Notes under the pieces: model-generated
Told to the model about the DNA's origin: nothing
Database searches by the model: none
Seen by the model: only the letters and a program-made list of their open reading frames with translations
DNA from: an uncultured delta proteobacterium
Lineage (GTDB): Bacteria; Myxococcota_A; Polyangia; Polyangiales; Polyangiaceae
Assembly: GCA_963850305.1 (NCBI GenBank)
Contig: CAWKKR010000005.1
Span: 320,001-384,000, forward strand
Direction of reading: 5' to 3'
DNA length: 64,000 bases
Translations under genes and position numbers: made by a program
Part shown: in pieces, positions 18,911 to 27,635 of the stretch
Numbering within the stretch: the first letter of the stretch is position 1
Layout: each line of letters begins with the position of its first letter

Positions 18911-19332
18911 GGATCGTCATCGTAGCCGTCGGCAAGCTGCGGGAAGCGCCGCTCCGTGCCGTGGCGGACGACTATTTCGCGCGAATTCGTCGCTACACGG
19001 CGTGCGAGGAGCGCGAGGTGAAATCGTCCGACGGCCTGGCGGCGAAGATCCCGGAGGGTTCAACCGTCGTCGCGCTCGAGATCTTCGGTGAATCCTTGAC
19101 GAGCACCGCTCTGTCCAGGCGCGTGGACGAATGGTCGCGTCGCAACAAGGGAATCGTCACCTTTCTCATCGGGGGTGCCGATGGGATCCCCGCGGGCGTC
19201 TCGCGACGAGCGGATGCACAAGTCAGCCTATCGACGCTGACGTTGCCACATCGTCTCGTCCGCGTGATACTTGCCGAGCAAATCTACCGTGCGATGACCC
19301 TGCTTCGAGGGGAACCCTACGCACGAGAATGA
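18907..19332 (+). CDS. rlmH: 23S rRNA (pseudouridine1915-N3)-methyltransferase
   Basis: IVAVGK, FLIGGADG, SLSTLTLPHRLVRVILAEQIYRA...GEPY. Follows rsfS. Confidence 0.95.
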   Translation: MRIVIVAVGKLREAPLRAVADDYFARIRRYTACEEREVKSSDGLAAKIPEGSTVVALEIFGESLTSTALSRRVDEWSRRNKGIVTFLIGGADGIPAGVSRRADAQVSLSTLTLPHRLVRVILAEQIYRAMTLLRGEPYARE

Positions 19333-20120
19333 CCCGTCGGGGCGTCGCGCCGGCCGAAGACGTAAGCGACGCCGATGGAGATGGCGTACAGCATGCACAA
19401 CGGAACGGCGAGAATCAGCTGGCTCAGCGGATCTGGAGGCGTGATGATCGCCGCGATGACGAAGGCGACGACGATGAAGACGCGCGTGAACTTGATCAAA
19501 TGATGATGCGTCACGAGCCCAGCGATCGAGAGGAAAAATACTAGCACGGGCAACTCGAATACCGCTCCGAACGCGACGAGCATCCGGGAGACGAACTCGA
19601 TGTACTCGTCGACCATGACCGCCGGCTCGACGACGATGTCAGGACCGATCTTTCCGCTGAAGCTCAGCAGATATTGAAATGCGACGGGAAAAGCAAAGCG
19701 CCATCCGAACCAAGCTCCGAAGGCAAACAAGCCGCAGGAGCTCACGACGAAGGGTATGGCATAACGCTTTTCTCGCTTGTAAAGGCCGGGAGAGACGAAG
19801 GCCCAGACCTGATAGAGCATGATGGGGAGCGAGACGAGCAGCCCGCCGATGACGGCCAGTTTCACGTAAGCGACGAACAACGACTGCGGCGCGGGAAAGT
19901 GAAGCTCCGCTTTGCCACCGAGTGTCGTTCCGTTCCATGCCCGGACGAACGGTCGCGTCAACCACGTGAGCATTCGCTCGCGCTCGTGCCACGCGAGCGC
20001 TGCGCCCGTCACGAAGGAGAAAGCCATGTAGATGAGTCGCTGGCGGAGTTCCTCCAGGTGCTCCCAGATCGTCATCGCGCCTTCCGCGGGCGGCGCGGCG
20101 TCTCGAGACTCTGCGCTCAC
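19317..20120 (-). CDS. tatC: Twin-arginine translocase subunit TatC
   Basis: HLEELRQRL, YQVWAFVSPGLYKREK, FELPV, AAIITPPD. Confidence 0.97.
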   Translation of the reverse strand: MSAESRDAAPPAEGAMTIWEHLEELRQRLIYMAFSFVTGAALAWHERERMLTWLTRPFVRAWNGTTLGGKAELHFPAPQSLFVAYVKLAVIGGLLVSLPIMLYQVWAFVSPGLYKREKRYAIPFVVSSCGLFAFGAWFGWRFAFPVAFQYLLSFSGKIGPDIVVEPAVMVDEYIEFVSRMLVAFGAVFELPVLVFFLSIAGLVTHHHLIKFTRVFIVVAFVIAAIITPPDPLSQLILAVPLCMLYAISIGVAYVFGRRDAPTGHSRA

Positions 20121-20614
20121 ACGGATTCTTTCACGCTGCCGACGTGTGCACTCGACGAAGACGTGCCCGTCGCCGTGTCGGGAACAGGCGCCGTGAATCG
20201 GGACGTGTCGCTTTCGTCAGCGGAGGTGGAGATCGCAACGAGGTCTTCGGGGATGGCGCCGTAGGAGTCAGGGCCTTCCACCGGGTACTCGCGGAGCCGA
20301 TCGAAGGCCGTTGCCTCGCCGTAGGCGTCGAGGGCTCCGTCTGTCGGGCGTACGGCATCGGCCGCGGTGTACCGGTGCATGCCGATGACGTCGCCCTGGA
20401 TCATGGCGCGGAGTTCGGAGAGACCTCCGGCAAGACCTTCGCTGCGAAGGATTTCATCGATACCCGTCTGTCGCCGGACCTCGGTCGTCATGCGCCGAAG
20501 GCGGCCCACCCATTGGCCGAGCGTAGTGAGGATCTCGGGAAGCCGCCGCGGGCCAACAACGACCAGAGCGACGACCGCGATCAGCACGACTTCACCGAGT
20601 GAGACACCGAACAC
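20117..20614 (-). CDS. tatB: Twin-arginine translocase subunit TatB
   Basis: MFGVSLGEVVLIAVVALVVVGPRRLP. Directly upstream of tatC. Confidence 0.9.
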   Translation of the reverse strand: MFGVSLGEVVLIAVVALVVVGPRRLPEILTTLGQWVGRLRRMTTEVRRQTGIDEILRSEGLAGGLSELRAMIQGDVIGMHRYTAADAVRPTDGALDAYGEATAFDRLREYPVEGPDSYGAIPEDLVAISTSADESDTSRFTAPVPDTATGTSSSSAHVGSVKESV

Positions 20615-20689
20615 GCGCGAACGCTACCTCGCGACGCGCGATGGAGCAATCTGTGACGCGACGAGCCAGATATGTCTCTCGGGGGGATT

Positions 20690-20818
20690 TCAGCGCTTTG
20701 CGCGCTTCTTCAAGCGATCGATTTCCGCGCGAACGGCGCGCGAGCCCATCGCGTAGCCAAGAATCACCCCGACCAGGAGCACGCCAGGGATGTAAACGAT
20801 GTGCTCGACCGTCGGCAA
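20690..20818 (-). CDS. 42-aa single-TM microprotein (not in ORF track)
   Basis: Manual translation MPTVEHIVYIPGVLLVGVILGYAMGSRAVRAEIDRLKKRAKR. TTG start 3 nt after the ccmD stop. Confidence 0.7.
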   Translation of the reverse strand: MPTVEHIVYIPGVLLVGVILGYAMGSRAVRAEIDRLKKRAKR

Positions 20819-20821
20819 CGC

Positions 20822-21064
20822 TCAGGTCTTTTCCATTGCGTTGCGCACCGCCTTGTCCAGCGTCGCTAGTTTCTCTTCGATGCGAACCTGACGCCGCCAG
20901 GTGAGCCACAGGAACCCAATCAGAGCAGCCCACATGAGTAGGTATGCAGCCACCAGCAAGTGCGTCGCGCTCGAAGCCTCGCCCCCGCCGGCGACCGGAA
21001 TGAACTGCGTGGCCCGCTCCGCCGGAGTGCCCTGCAAGGGAACGTGGGCCAGGAGATTCGTCAT
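20822..21064 (-). CDS. ccmD: CcmD-like heme exporter small subunit
   Basis: LVAAYLLMWAALIGFLW TM plus charged helix. ATGA-coupled to ccmC. Confidence 0.75.
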   Translation of the reverse strand: MTNLLAHVPLQGTPAERATQFIPVAGGGEASSATHLLVAAYLLMWAALIGFLWLTWRRQVRIEEKLATLDKAVRNAMEKT

Positions 21065-21780
21065 GCGTCTTCTTCCTCAGGGTGAAGAGTCAGTGCTTGC
21101 TCCTCGAGACGTGCGAGAAGCGTCTCGAGGCTTGCCAGTTGCGAACGCAGCCAGATGAGCAACGTGGCCAGCATCGTCATCGCCAGGAAGCCCACTCCGA
21201 GTGTCACTCGCATCATAGGGTCTCCGAGTCCACCGCCTCCACGCCCTATGACGGTTGGGTGATTGCCGCCCCAGAGAACGACCGCATAATGGATGATTGG
21301 CAGATTCGCCGTGCCAAGAACGCCGAGGGCAGCTGCAAACTTGCGTTCCGCATCGCCGTCGCCCGTGAACGCGCGCAAGACTACGACGGCGACGTACACC
21401 ATCACGCTGAGGAGCGTGGTCGTCAGGCGGGGGTCCCAAGTCCAATAAACGCCCCAGGCCTTCTTCGCCCACAGCGGGCCACTCATCAGCACCATCGCGC
21501 CAAAGACCGTCGCGCACTCGGCTCCAGCGCGCGCCACGGAGTTACGGCGATCCGTCGGACCGGCCAGGTACGCTGCGCTTCCGAGAAAGCAAACGAAGCC
21601 CGATAGATACATCGCGTATGCGGAGGGGACGTGGAAGTAGAAAATCTTCTGAGCAATACCTCCCGCGGCCAGCTGGGCCGTCGGTGTGAGTTCGAAGATC
21701 AGAAAGATGAGGAGAGCAAACACGGCTGCCGCGGCGACGAGAAGCGTCGAAAAAAGGCGATGCGCCGAGGAGGCTTTCAT
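21061..21780 (-). CDS. ccmC: Cytochrome c biogenesis protein CcmC
   Basis: IFYFHVPSA, WWD motif GPLWAKKAWGVYWTWDPRLT, PIIHYAV..W...HP. Alternative start at 21828. Confidence 0.93.
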   Translation of the reverse strand: MKASSAHRLFSTLLVAAAAVFALLIFLIFELTPTAQLAAGGIAQKIFYFHVPSAYAMYLSGFVCFLGSAAYLAGPTDRRNSVARAGAECATVFGAMVLMSGPLWAKKAWGVYWTWDPRLTTTLLSVMVYVAVVVLRAFTGDGDAERKFAAALGVLGTANLPIIHYAVVLWGGNHPTVIGRGGGGLGDPMMRVTLGVGFLAMTMLATLLIWLRSQLASLETLLARLEEQALTLHPEEEDA

Positions 21781-21824
21781 GCGGGCCGAGGCTACCATTT
21801 GAAGCGCGATACTGCTTTCCCGGC

Positions 21825-23240
21825 TCAAATCATGCAGTTCGCTCGCGCCAGGAAGGCGGTCAGTCGGGCCTGAAATACCTGAAAGTCTTTGATCAGCAGG
21901 TCGATCTCCGCCTGGCGCAGCTTGCTCGTGCTGTCGATGAGATCGAAGCTCGTGCCACTCCCGTTCACGAAGGCGAGCCGGGAGAGGCGCGCCTGTTCCT
22001 TGGCGACGTCGCGGGCCGTCCGCGCGACCGCCAGGTTGACCTGGGCCACGGTGATGGCGCGGTCCGCCTGCGTGACTTGAAGAGTTACGTCTCGCTTCTT
22101 TTGGGTGAGCGTCTCCCGCGCGATGGTCAGCGCCGCTTCGTTACTACGCCGGAGACCGTAACGATCTCCGCCGTCGTAAAGCAACCATGTGAGCTGTCCG
22201 CCGAGCGTCCAGTTCACGTGGTTGCCGTTCGGCGATATGAGCGTCGAATTCACGTAGCTCAGACTCGACGCGAGGTCGACGCTCGGGAGATACTTGTAGT
22301 CGACCGAAGTGCGATCGCGTTCCGCGGCTGCTACCGCCATCGAGGCAGACCGGATGTCGGCGCGGGCCTCGGTGGGGTCAACGACCTGACAGACCGAACT
22401 CGCGGTCCGCTCGAGGTCGTCGACTCCGATGCTGGTAGCCACGCCCCATCCGACAGTGTCCCCCAGGGCGGCCCCGAGAGATTCGCGCGCCTGACGAAGC
22501 GATTCGTTGGCTGAAATGATCTGTGCGCGGCTCGAGGCGACTTCTTGCTTCGCTCGGAGGACGTCGACCGCACTGGCGGCGCCGAGGTCGGCTCTGCGTT
22601 GCGTGAGCTCTAACGTCGAGAGTGCGGACTCGAGCGACACCCGGCTCGACTCGGCAATGCGGCTCGCAGTGATCACTCCGACCGCTGCCTGAGCGACCGT
22701 GCCGAGCAGAATCCGCTGCGTGTCGAGTGCGTTTTCATCCGCCACGTGCTCGCGTGTTCTCGATGTCCCGACGGTGTACCAGGTGCTGAAGTCAATCACA
22801 GGAACCCGCAGATCGAGCGAGCTGGTGAGTTGCGTCGCTGGGTCCGGTAAGTTGCCGATGCCAGCTGCGTTGTTGATGGAGCTCGCTGTCGTGTCGAAGG
22901 TCAGACCATGACCCAGGAGCAGGTATCGCGTAACGCCTGCGTTCCCCGTTAGCTGCGGCAGGGCACCCGCAAGCGCGCGCCGCGTGGCTGCACGGCTCTG
23001 CTCGACCTGCGCCTGAGAGATGTGCAAGGCGGTCGATCGCGCGTGTACGAGTTCGAGCGCTTGCCGCCAGGAGGCGAGTTCGCGCGCCGGCGGCGGGACG
23101 GGCTCGAGCATCGGATCTTTCACGTCGGGCATCGTGATGCCGTCGGATGGGGTCGCGCCGGCAGGCGCTGCACCAGATTGTCCGAACCCGGAAGTCGCGA
23201 AGGCACACAGGGTGACCAGCGACGCGATCGACTTCTTCAT
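21825..23240 (-). CDS. TolC-family outer membrane efflux protein
   Basis: Signal peptide MKKSIASLVTLCAFA. Two OEP repeats (ALPQL..., YLPSVDL..., W.LYDGG, F..GSGTSFDLID). Confidence 0.88.
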   Translation of the reverse strand: MKKSIASLVTLCAFATSGFGQSGAAPAGATPSDGITMPDVKDPMLEPVPPPARELASWRQALELVHARSTALHISQAQVEQSRAATRRALAGALPQLTGNAGVTRYLLLGHGLTFDTTASSINNAAGIGNLPDPATQLTSSLDLRVPVIDFSTWYTVGTSRTREHVADENALDTQRILLGTVAQAAVGVITASRIAESSRVSLESALSTLELTQRRADLGAASAVDVLRAKQEVASSRAQIISANESLRQARESLGAALGDTVGWGVATSIGVDDLERTASSVCQVVDPTEARADIRSASMAVAAAERDRTSVDYKYLPSVDLASSLSYVNSTLISPNGNHVNWTLGGQLTWLLYDGGDRYGLRRSNEAALTIARETLTQKKRDVTLQVTQADRAITVAQVNLAVARTARDVAKEQARLSRLAFVNGSGTSFDLIDSTSKLRQAEIDLLIKDFQVFQARLTAFLARANCMI

Positions 23241-23338
23241 CCGTCCCATGAGCCGGTGAGATAGCGGTGAAGACGGACGCGGCAAAGGGCATTCGCGCGA
23301 AATCTCGCGCGCCCAGCGGCGCCCCACCAATCGTCGGA

Positions 23339-23923
23339 TCAGATGCTCGTGGACCAGCGTTCGAGAAGCGAAGCTGCCAGATCGGAGTCCGTCCCGAGTG
23401 CGCGATCCAGGACTCGACGTGCGTCCGCTTTGCGGCCCGCGCGAACGAGGGCATGGGCATAGGACGCGGCGACCTCGGCGTCTCGCGGGCGAGCACGGAA
23501 CGCGCGAGCAAGCCATGGAACGGCCTCTGCCGGACGACCGAGCCCTGCGTCGAGAATGTGCCCGAGGTTGTGAGCGTACGACGCGCACGCAGGGGAGCGA
23601 GCGAGTGCCTTGGCGAAGCAGCTCTTTGCGCTCGCGTAATGACCAAGAAGCGAGAGGGCGAGGCCCAGCACCGCCCAGGTCCGATCGGAATCCTCATGCT
23701 GGAGTACCTCTCGCGCCAGCACCGCGGAGCGCCAGGGTGAGGTTGCCAGGACGAGCTCAGCGAGCTCTCTGCCCGCAAAGCACGCAGCGGCCGAGCCTTT
23801 CGGGGCGTGGCTGTTCAGGCGCTCCAGCATCGGCACCAGATCCCTCGGACCGAGACCTTTCTCGAGAGCCCACTCGACGTCGCTCTGGAGGCGTTGGATG
23901 TCGACGGCGCGGCCCTTCTTCAT
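23339..23923 (-). CDS. TPR-repeat protein
   Basis: WAVLGLALSLLGHYASAKSCFAKALARSP, YAHNLGH..., three TPR-like motifs. Confidence 0.8.
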   Translation of the reverse strand: MKKGRAVDIQRLQSDVEWALEKGLGPRDLVPMLERLNSHAPKGSAAACFAGRELAELVLATSPWRSAVLAREVLQHEDSDRTWAVLGLALSLLGHYASAKSCFAKALARSPACASYAHNLGHILDAGLGRPAEAVPWLARAFRARPRDAEVAASYAHALVRAGRKADARRVLDRALGTDSDLAASLLERWSTSI

Positions 23924-24101
23924 CGGTCTTTGTCGGATCCTTTTTTTCGACTTCTATCGCCTGCCCAGCGCTCAACTTAGCATTGTTTTTTCTTCGTTTG
24001 ATGATGCGTAACTGCTAATCCGCAAAAGGCGAGCTTACGCAAGAAGCGCGCCGGTCACGCGGCACGGTTCTTGAGCATGTTCGCTTCTCGAGACCGCGCG
24101 A

Positions 24102-26036
24102 CTACGAGCGCGATCGCGAGAGTTCGGGTGCTGCGGGTCGTCCGGCGATGACCGCGCCGTTGAGGGCGTCGAGCGCGCGTTGCACCAGATTCTGACGAAG
24201 CCCGATGAACGTGTGGCGTTGCCGAACGTTGACGTACTCTGTATCGTCGATGGTTATCCCGGCAAGTTGATCGAGCGCTGCATAAAAGTCGCTGGCTCGG
24301 GCGCCATCTTTTCGGCCAATCCCCACGAACAGCTCCACGCTCTCGGGAGAGCGCCCCGGGTCATTCGAGCCCGGCGCGTCTCGCCGGTCGGCGGGCTGCG
24401 GCTTCGTGCCCCGGCCCGGGTCCCGCACTGAGCCACTCATCTCGGCTCGGGGGGGCTCAGGTGCCTGCCGCGGTTCGGGACTGGCTCGGGTCTCGCTGCG
24501 ACCGGGGGAGGGCGGTGTGGCGGCCGCAACGTCTTCGATGGGTTCGCGCGGCGTCATGCCGTTCGTGGTATTCTTCGGATGCTCTCGGTTCGGCCTCGAG
24601 GCGGCTTCTCTCCGAGCCTCGCGCCGTGGCCCTGGACCCGTCGGTTGCGGCGCGGCGCCGTCGGCGACTGGGCGAGGTACCATGGATCGACGCGCCGCTG
24701 CCGCCTGATCGGCCGCCGCAGGACGGGCACCGAGGTGATCTCGGAGCAAGCCGGCGATGATTGCCTCGGCATTTTCGTGCGTCTGGACCCGACGCGAAAG
24801 AGCCAGATCGTCCGGGTGGGCTGGCTGCTTGGCGAAGAGCTCGGCGAACATCTGCACGATGTCCGTCTCAGCACGCGTCTTCAGATCACGTGGAGTCGGT
24901 AGCTCCTTCTCGACGGGCCGAATCTTGTACGTGAGCCGGAGCATGTACAGGTTGCCGATATCCGACGCTTCGACCAGAGAGATGGCCGTACCGGTTTTGC
25001 CTGCGCGTCCGGTGCGCCCCGTGCGATGCACGTACTGCTCGCATGATTCTGGAAAATCGTAGTTGATGACGTGCGTCAGATGCGAAATATCGATCCCCCG
25101 TGCAGCAACGTCGGTGGCGACCAGGAAGCGGAGCTTCCCCTTGCGGGTGGCCTCCATGACCTTCTCGCGCTCCGCCTGCCCGAGATCGGCGTTCAGCCAC
25201 TCCGCGTCGAACCCCTGCTGCTGGAGAGTCGAAGCCACACGCTTCGTGGACTCCTTCGTATTGCAGAAGATGATCGCGCTCTCCGGATTGTCGACCTCCA
25301 GTACCTGCAGGAGGTCGTTCGTCTTGTCTCCTCGGGAGATGTACACGCAGTGGCTGATCTCGAGCGCGCCGACGTGATCCCCGCTAAGCGTGACGAACTC
25401 CGGATTCTTGAGGCGAGTCTCCGCGAGTCGCTGGATCTCTGGAGGGAGCGTCGCGCTGAACAGGAGCGTCTGACGGGTCGCCGGTAGGAAGGCCAGGATG
25501 TCGTCAATCTGCGGCAAGAACCCCATCGACAGCATCTCGTCGCTCTCGTCCAGGACGACCGCACGCACGCCCTTGGGATCGAGCGTCCCGCGGCGCAGGT
25601 GGTCGAGAACGCGACCCGGAGTGCCGGCGACGATCTGAGCGCCAGCGTTGATCTTCTGTATCTGTGCCGGCATCGGCGCACCGCCGTAGACTGCCGCGAT
25701 CTTCGTGCCGCGATATTTCGCAAGCGACTCGAGCTCCCGCGCCACTTGCAGCGCAAGTTCGCGTGTAGGGCAGAGCACGAGCACCTGTACGGCCGCGGTG
25801 TTCCTCCGAACGACGGCATCGACCACCGGTAACCCGTACGCTGCCGTTTTCCCCGTGCCGGTCCGCGCCTGCACGACGAGGTCCAGGCCGCGGCTGACCG
25901 GGTCGAAGACGGCCCGCTGTACGGGCGTGGGGTGTACGTAACCGAGCTCGTCCACGGCCCGGCGCACCTCAGCGGACAGCTTCAGAACATCGAACGTGGG
26001 TGGCGGCGGCGGCGGGGAGGCGGGTTCGTCGGGCAT
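24102..26036 (-). CDS. DEAD-box RNA helicase with C-terminal DbpA-type RNA-binding domain (DeaD/CsdA-like)
   Basis: Q motif PTPVQ, ARTGTGKT, PTRELA, TPGR, DESD, SAT, ARGID, HRTGRTGRAG. C-terminal LFVGIGRKDG. Confidence 0.93.
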   Translation of the reverse strand: MPDEPASPPPPPPTFDVLKLSAEVRRAVDELGYVHPTPVQRAVFDPVSRGLDLVVQARTGTGKTAAYGLPVVDAVVRRNTAAVQVLVLCPTRELALQVARELESLAKYRGTKIAAVYGGAPMPAQIQKINAGAQIVAGTPGRVLDHLRRGTLDPKGVRAVVLDESDEMLSMGFLPQIDDILAFLPATRQTLLFSATLPPEIQRLAETRLKNPEFVTLSGDHVGALEISHCVYISRGDKTNDLLQVLEVDNPESAIIFCNTKESTKRVASTLQQQGFDAEWLNADLGQAEREKVMEATRKGKLRFLVATDVAARGIDISHLTHVINYDFPESCEQYVHRTGRTGRAGKTGTAISLVEASDIGNLYMLRLTYKIRPVEKELPTPRDLKTRAETDIVQMFAELFAKQPAHPDDLALSRRVQTHENAEAIIAGLLRDHLGARPAAADQAAAARRSMVPRPVADGAAPQPTGPGPRREARREAASRPNREHPKNTTNGMTPREPIEDVAAATPPSPGRSETRASPEPRQAPEPPRAEMSGSVRDPGRGTKPQPADRRDAPGSNDPGRSPESVELFVGIGRKDGARASDFYAALDQLAGITIDDTEYVNVRQRHTFIGLRQNLVQRALDALNGAVIAGRPAAPELSRSRS

Positions 26037-26082
26037 TCAGCGGCGGGGCAGCTTAGCAGAGAGGCGCTCCGGCGGACTTAAA

Positions 26083-26544
26083 TCAGCGAGGTTCACCGAG
26101 TTTCTTCTCGATGTCCGCGACGATTCTCCGGCGCTCGGTCACATCGAGCGCCTCGTACCTCACCGAGCGCTCCTCGGCATAGCGCAGCCGATCGACGTCG
26201 CTCAGGGCCCGCGTGGCGAGTTCATCTCCGGCGCAGCGGCCGGTCAGGCCTGGTCTCATCGACCATTCCGGCTGGAGGGCGGCCTGGAAGCCGCCGACCG
26301 TCTCGCGCTCGCCACCGGTCGCCGCCGTCGCTGCCCTACGGGCTCGCCGAATGGCTGTCACGAGAGCGCGGATTCCGGTTCGACACTCCGTCGAGACAGG
26401 AGGCACAGGCGGCTGCCAAGCCTGGTAGATGATCTCGACCGAGCAAACGGCGGTGAAGGTCGTAACGATCCCGGCAAACAAGGCAATACCGATCGCGCGC
26501 CCGCGCCGGTGAACCGAGACGTTTATGCTAGGACCAATGGTCAC
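26083..26544 (-). CDS. Hypothetical membrane-anchored protein
   Basis: N-terminal TM and helical domain with a Cys pair. Co-oriented with neighbours; start uncertain. Confidence 0.65.
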   Translation of the reverse strand: MTIGPSINVSVHRRGRAIGIALFAGIVTTFTAVCSVEIIYQAWQPPVPPVSTECRTGIRALVTAIRRARRAATAATGGERETVGGFQAALQPEWSMRPGLTGRCAGDELATRALSDVDRLRYAEERSVRYEALDVTERRRIVADIEKKLGEPR

Positions 26545-26574
26545 CGGGAGCGTCCGGGGCGCCTCCGCCGCAGC

Positions 26575-27570
26575 TCAGTTGAGAACCTGAGGGCGCGGCG
26601 TTTCCGGTTCGATGAAGGTTAGCCGGATTTCGCGCTCGAGAGCCGCTTTGACCTCCGCCTCGACGAGATCGACTGCGCCGGCAATGCGCTCCACGTTGCG
26701 CTGGTAAACGAAGATGCGCGCGGCGGGAAGGCCTTCGGCGACGCCCGGTCCGATCGCGTCCAGCATCAGCAAAGCCCGAGGATCGACGCCGTCAACGACC
26801 ACTTCCAGACCGGGTACGTCGCTGACGTAAATCTCGTTCGAGCGAACGTGGCGCTTCAGCTTTTCGTCCAGACCATCGACGATTCGGCGGACGGCCTGGT
26901 CGAACGCCTCGCGGGACAGGGCCCACGTCGGCGGGGGCTGCTCCGCGTCGACTTCCCGGGAACGCAGAAAGGCTTGCGTCGCCCCCGCGCTGTCCCCGCG
27001 GTCGTCGCGAACGAGTCCAAGGTAATAGAGGGCTTCCGAGTTGTGCGGATTGCTTTTCGCCGCGTCCTCGACGAGAGGCGCAGCTTCTTCCACGTTTCCA
27101 ACCTCGAACAAGGCGCGCCCGACGAGAAAGGCGTGATTCGGGTTGTCGAATGGCCCCTTCGGAAATCGAGCAGATAGCGCTTTCGCTTCCTCGATCCGAT
27201 TTTGACCGAGCAACGCGTCGAACTTGAGAAGCAGGGCGTCGACGACCTCGTCATCCGTCTCGGCCAGCTCGAGGGCGAGATCGCACATGAGGATCGCGTC
27301 ATCGAACTCTGCGAGTGGATGAATGTAGACCTCCGCTGCGTTCAGCATCGCTTCGAGGTAGGTATCGTCGAGCGCGATGGCTTGGCGGTAGTGTTCGATG
27401 GCCTCTTCGAACTCTCCCTGAAGGGCCGCGACGTAGCCGAGCAGGTTATACGCCTCGGGCGATTGGCTATCGAGTTCGAGAGCGCGGCGGGCTGAGAGTT
27501 CGGCTCCGCGTGAGTCTCCGCGTTGCACGAGATCCCAGCCTCGGTCGAGGTGAGCGGAGAACTGATCCAT
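26575..27570 (-). CDS. TPR protein with degenerate C-terminal minimal-zincin-like domain
   Basis: About 5 TPRs, then VSDVP...DPRALL...RIFVYQRNVER. No HEXXH. Confidence 0.8.
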   Translation of the reverse strand: MDQFSAHLDRGWDLVQRGDSRGAELSARRALELDSQSPEAYNLLGYVAALQGEFEEAIEHYRQAIALDDTYLEAMLNAAEVYIHPLAEFDDAILMCDLALELAETDDEVVDALLLKFDALLGQNRIEEAKALSARFPKGPFDNPNHAFLVGRALFEVGNVEEAAPLVEDAAKSNPHNSEALYYLGLVRDDRGDSAGATQAFLRSREVDAEQPPPTWALSREAFDQAVRRIVDGLDEKLKRHVRSNEIYVSDVPGLEVVVDGVDPRALLMLDAIGPGVAEGLPAARIFVYQRNVERIAGAVDLVEAEVKAALEREIRLTFIEPETPRPQVLN

Positions 27571-27635
27571 GTCGCCGGAAGAACAGTTAGTGGTCCGTTT
27601 TCGCCGACGAGTCAAGGACCCGCCGCAGCGTGGGG

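Noticed and set aside
20690..20818. Calling the microprotein TatA
   Set aside because: It lacks the TatA hinge and amphipathic signature (FGxxKLP).
24060..24076. Sigma54-like GGCACG-N4-TTGA
   Set aside because: It lacks the -12 GC and points antisense into the helicase 3' end.
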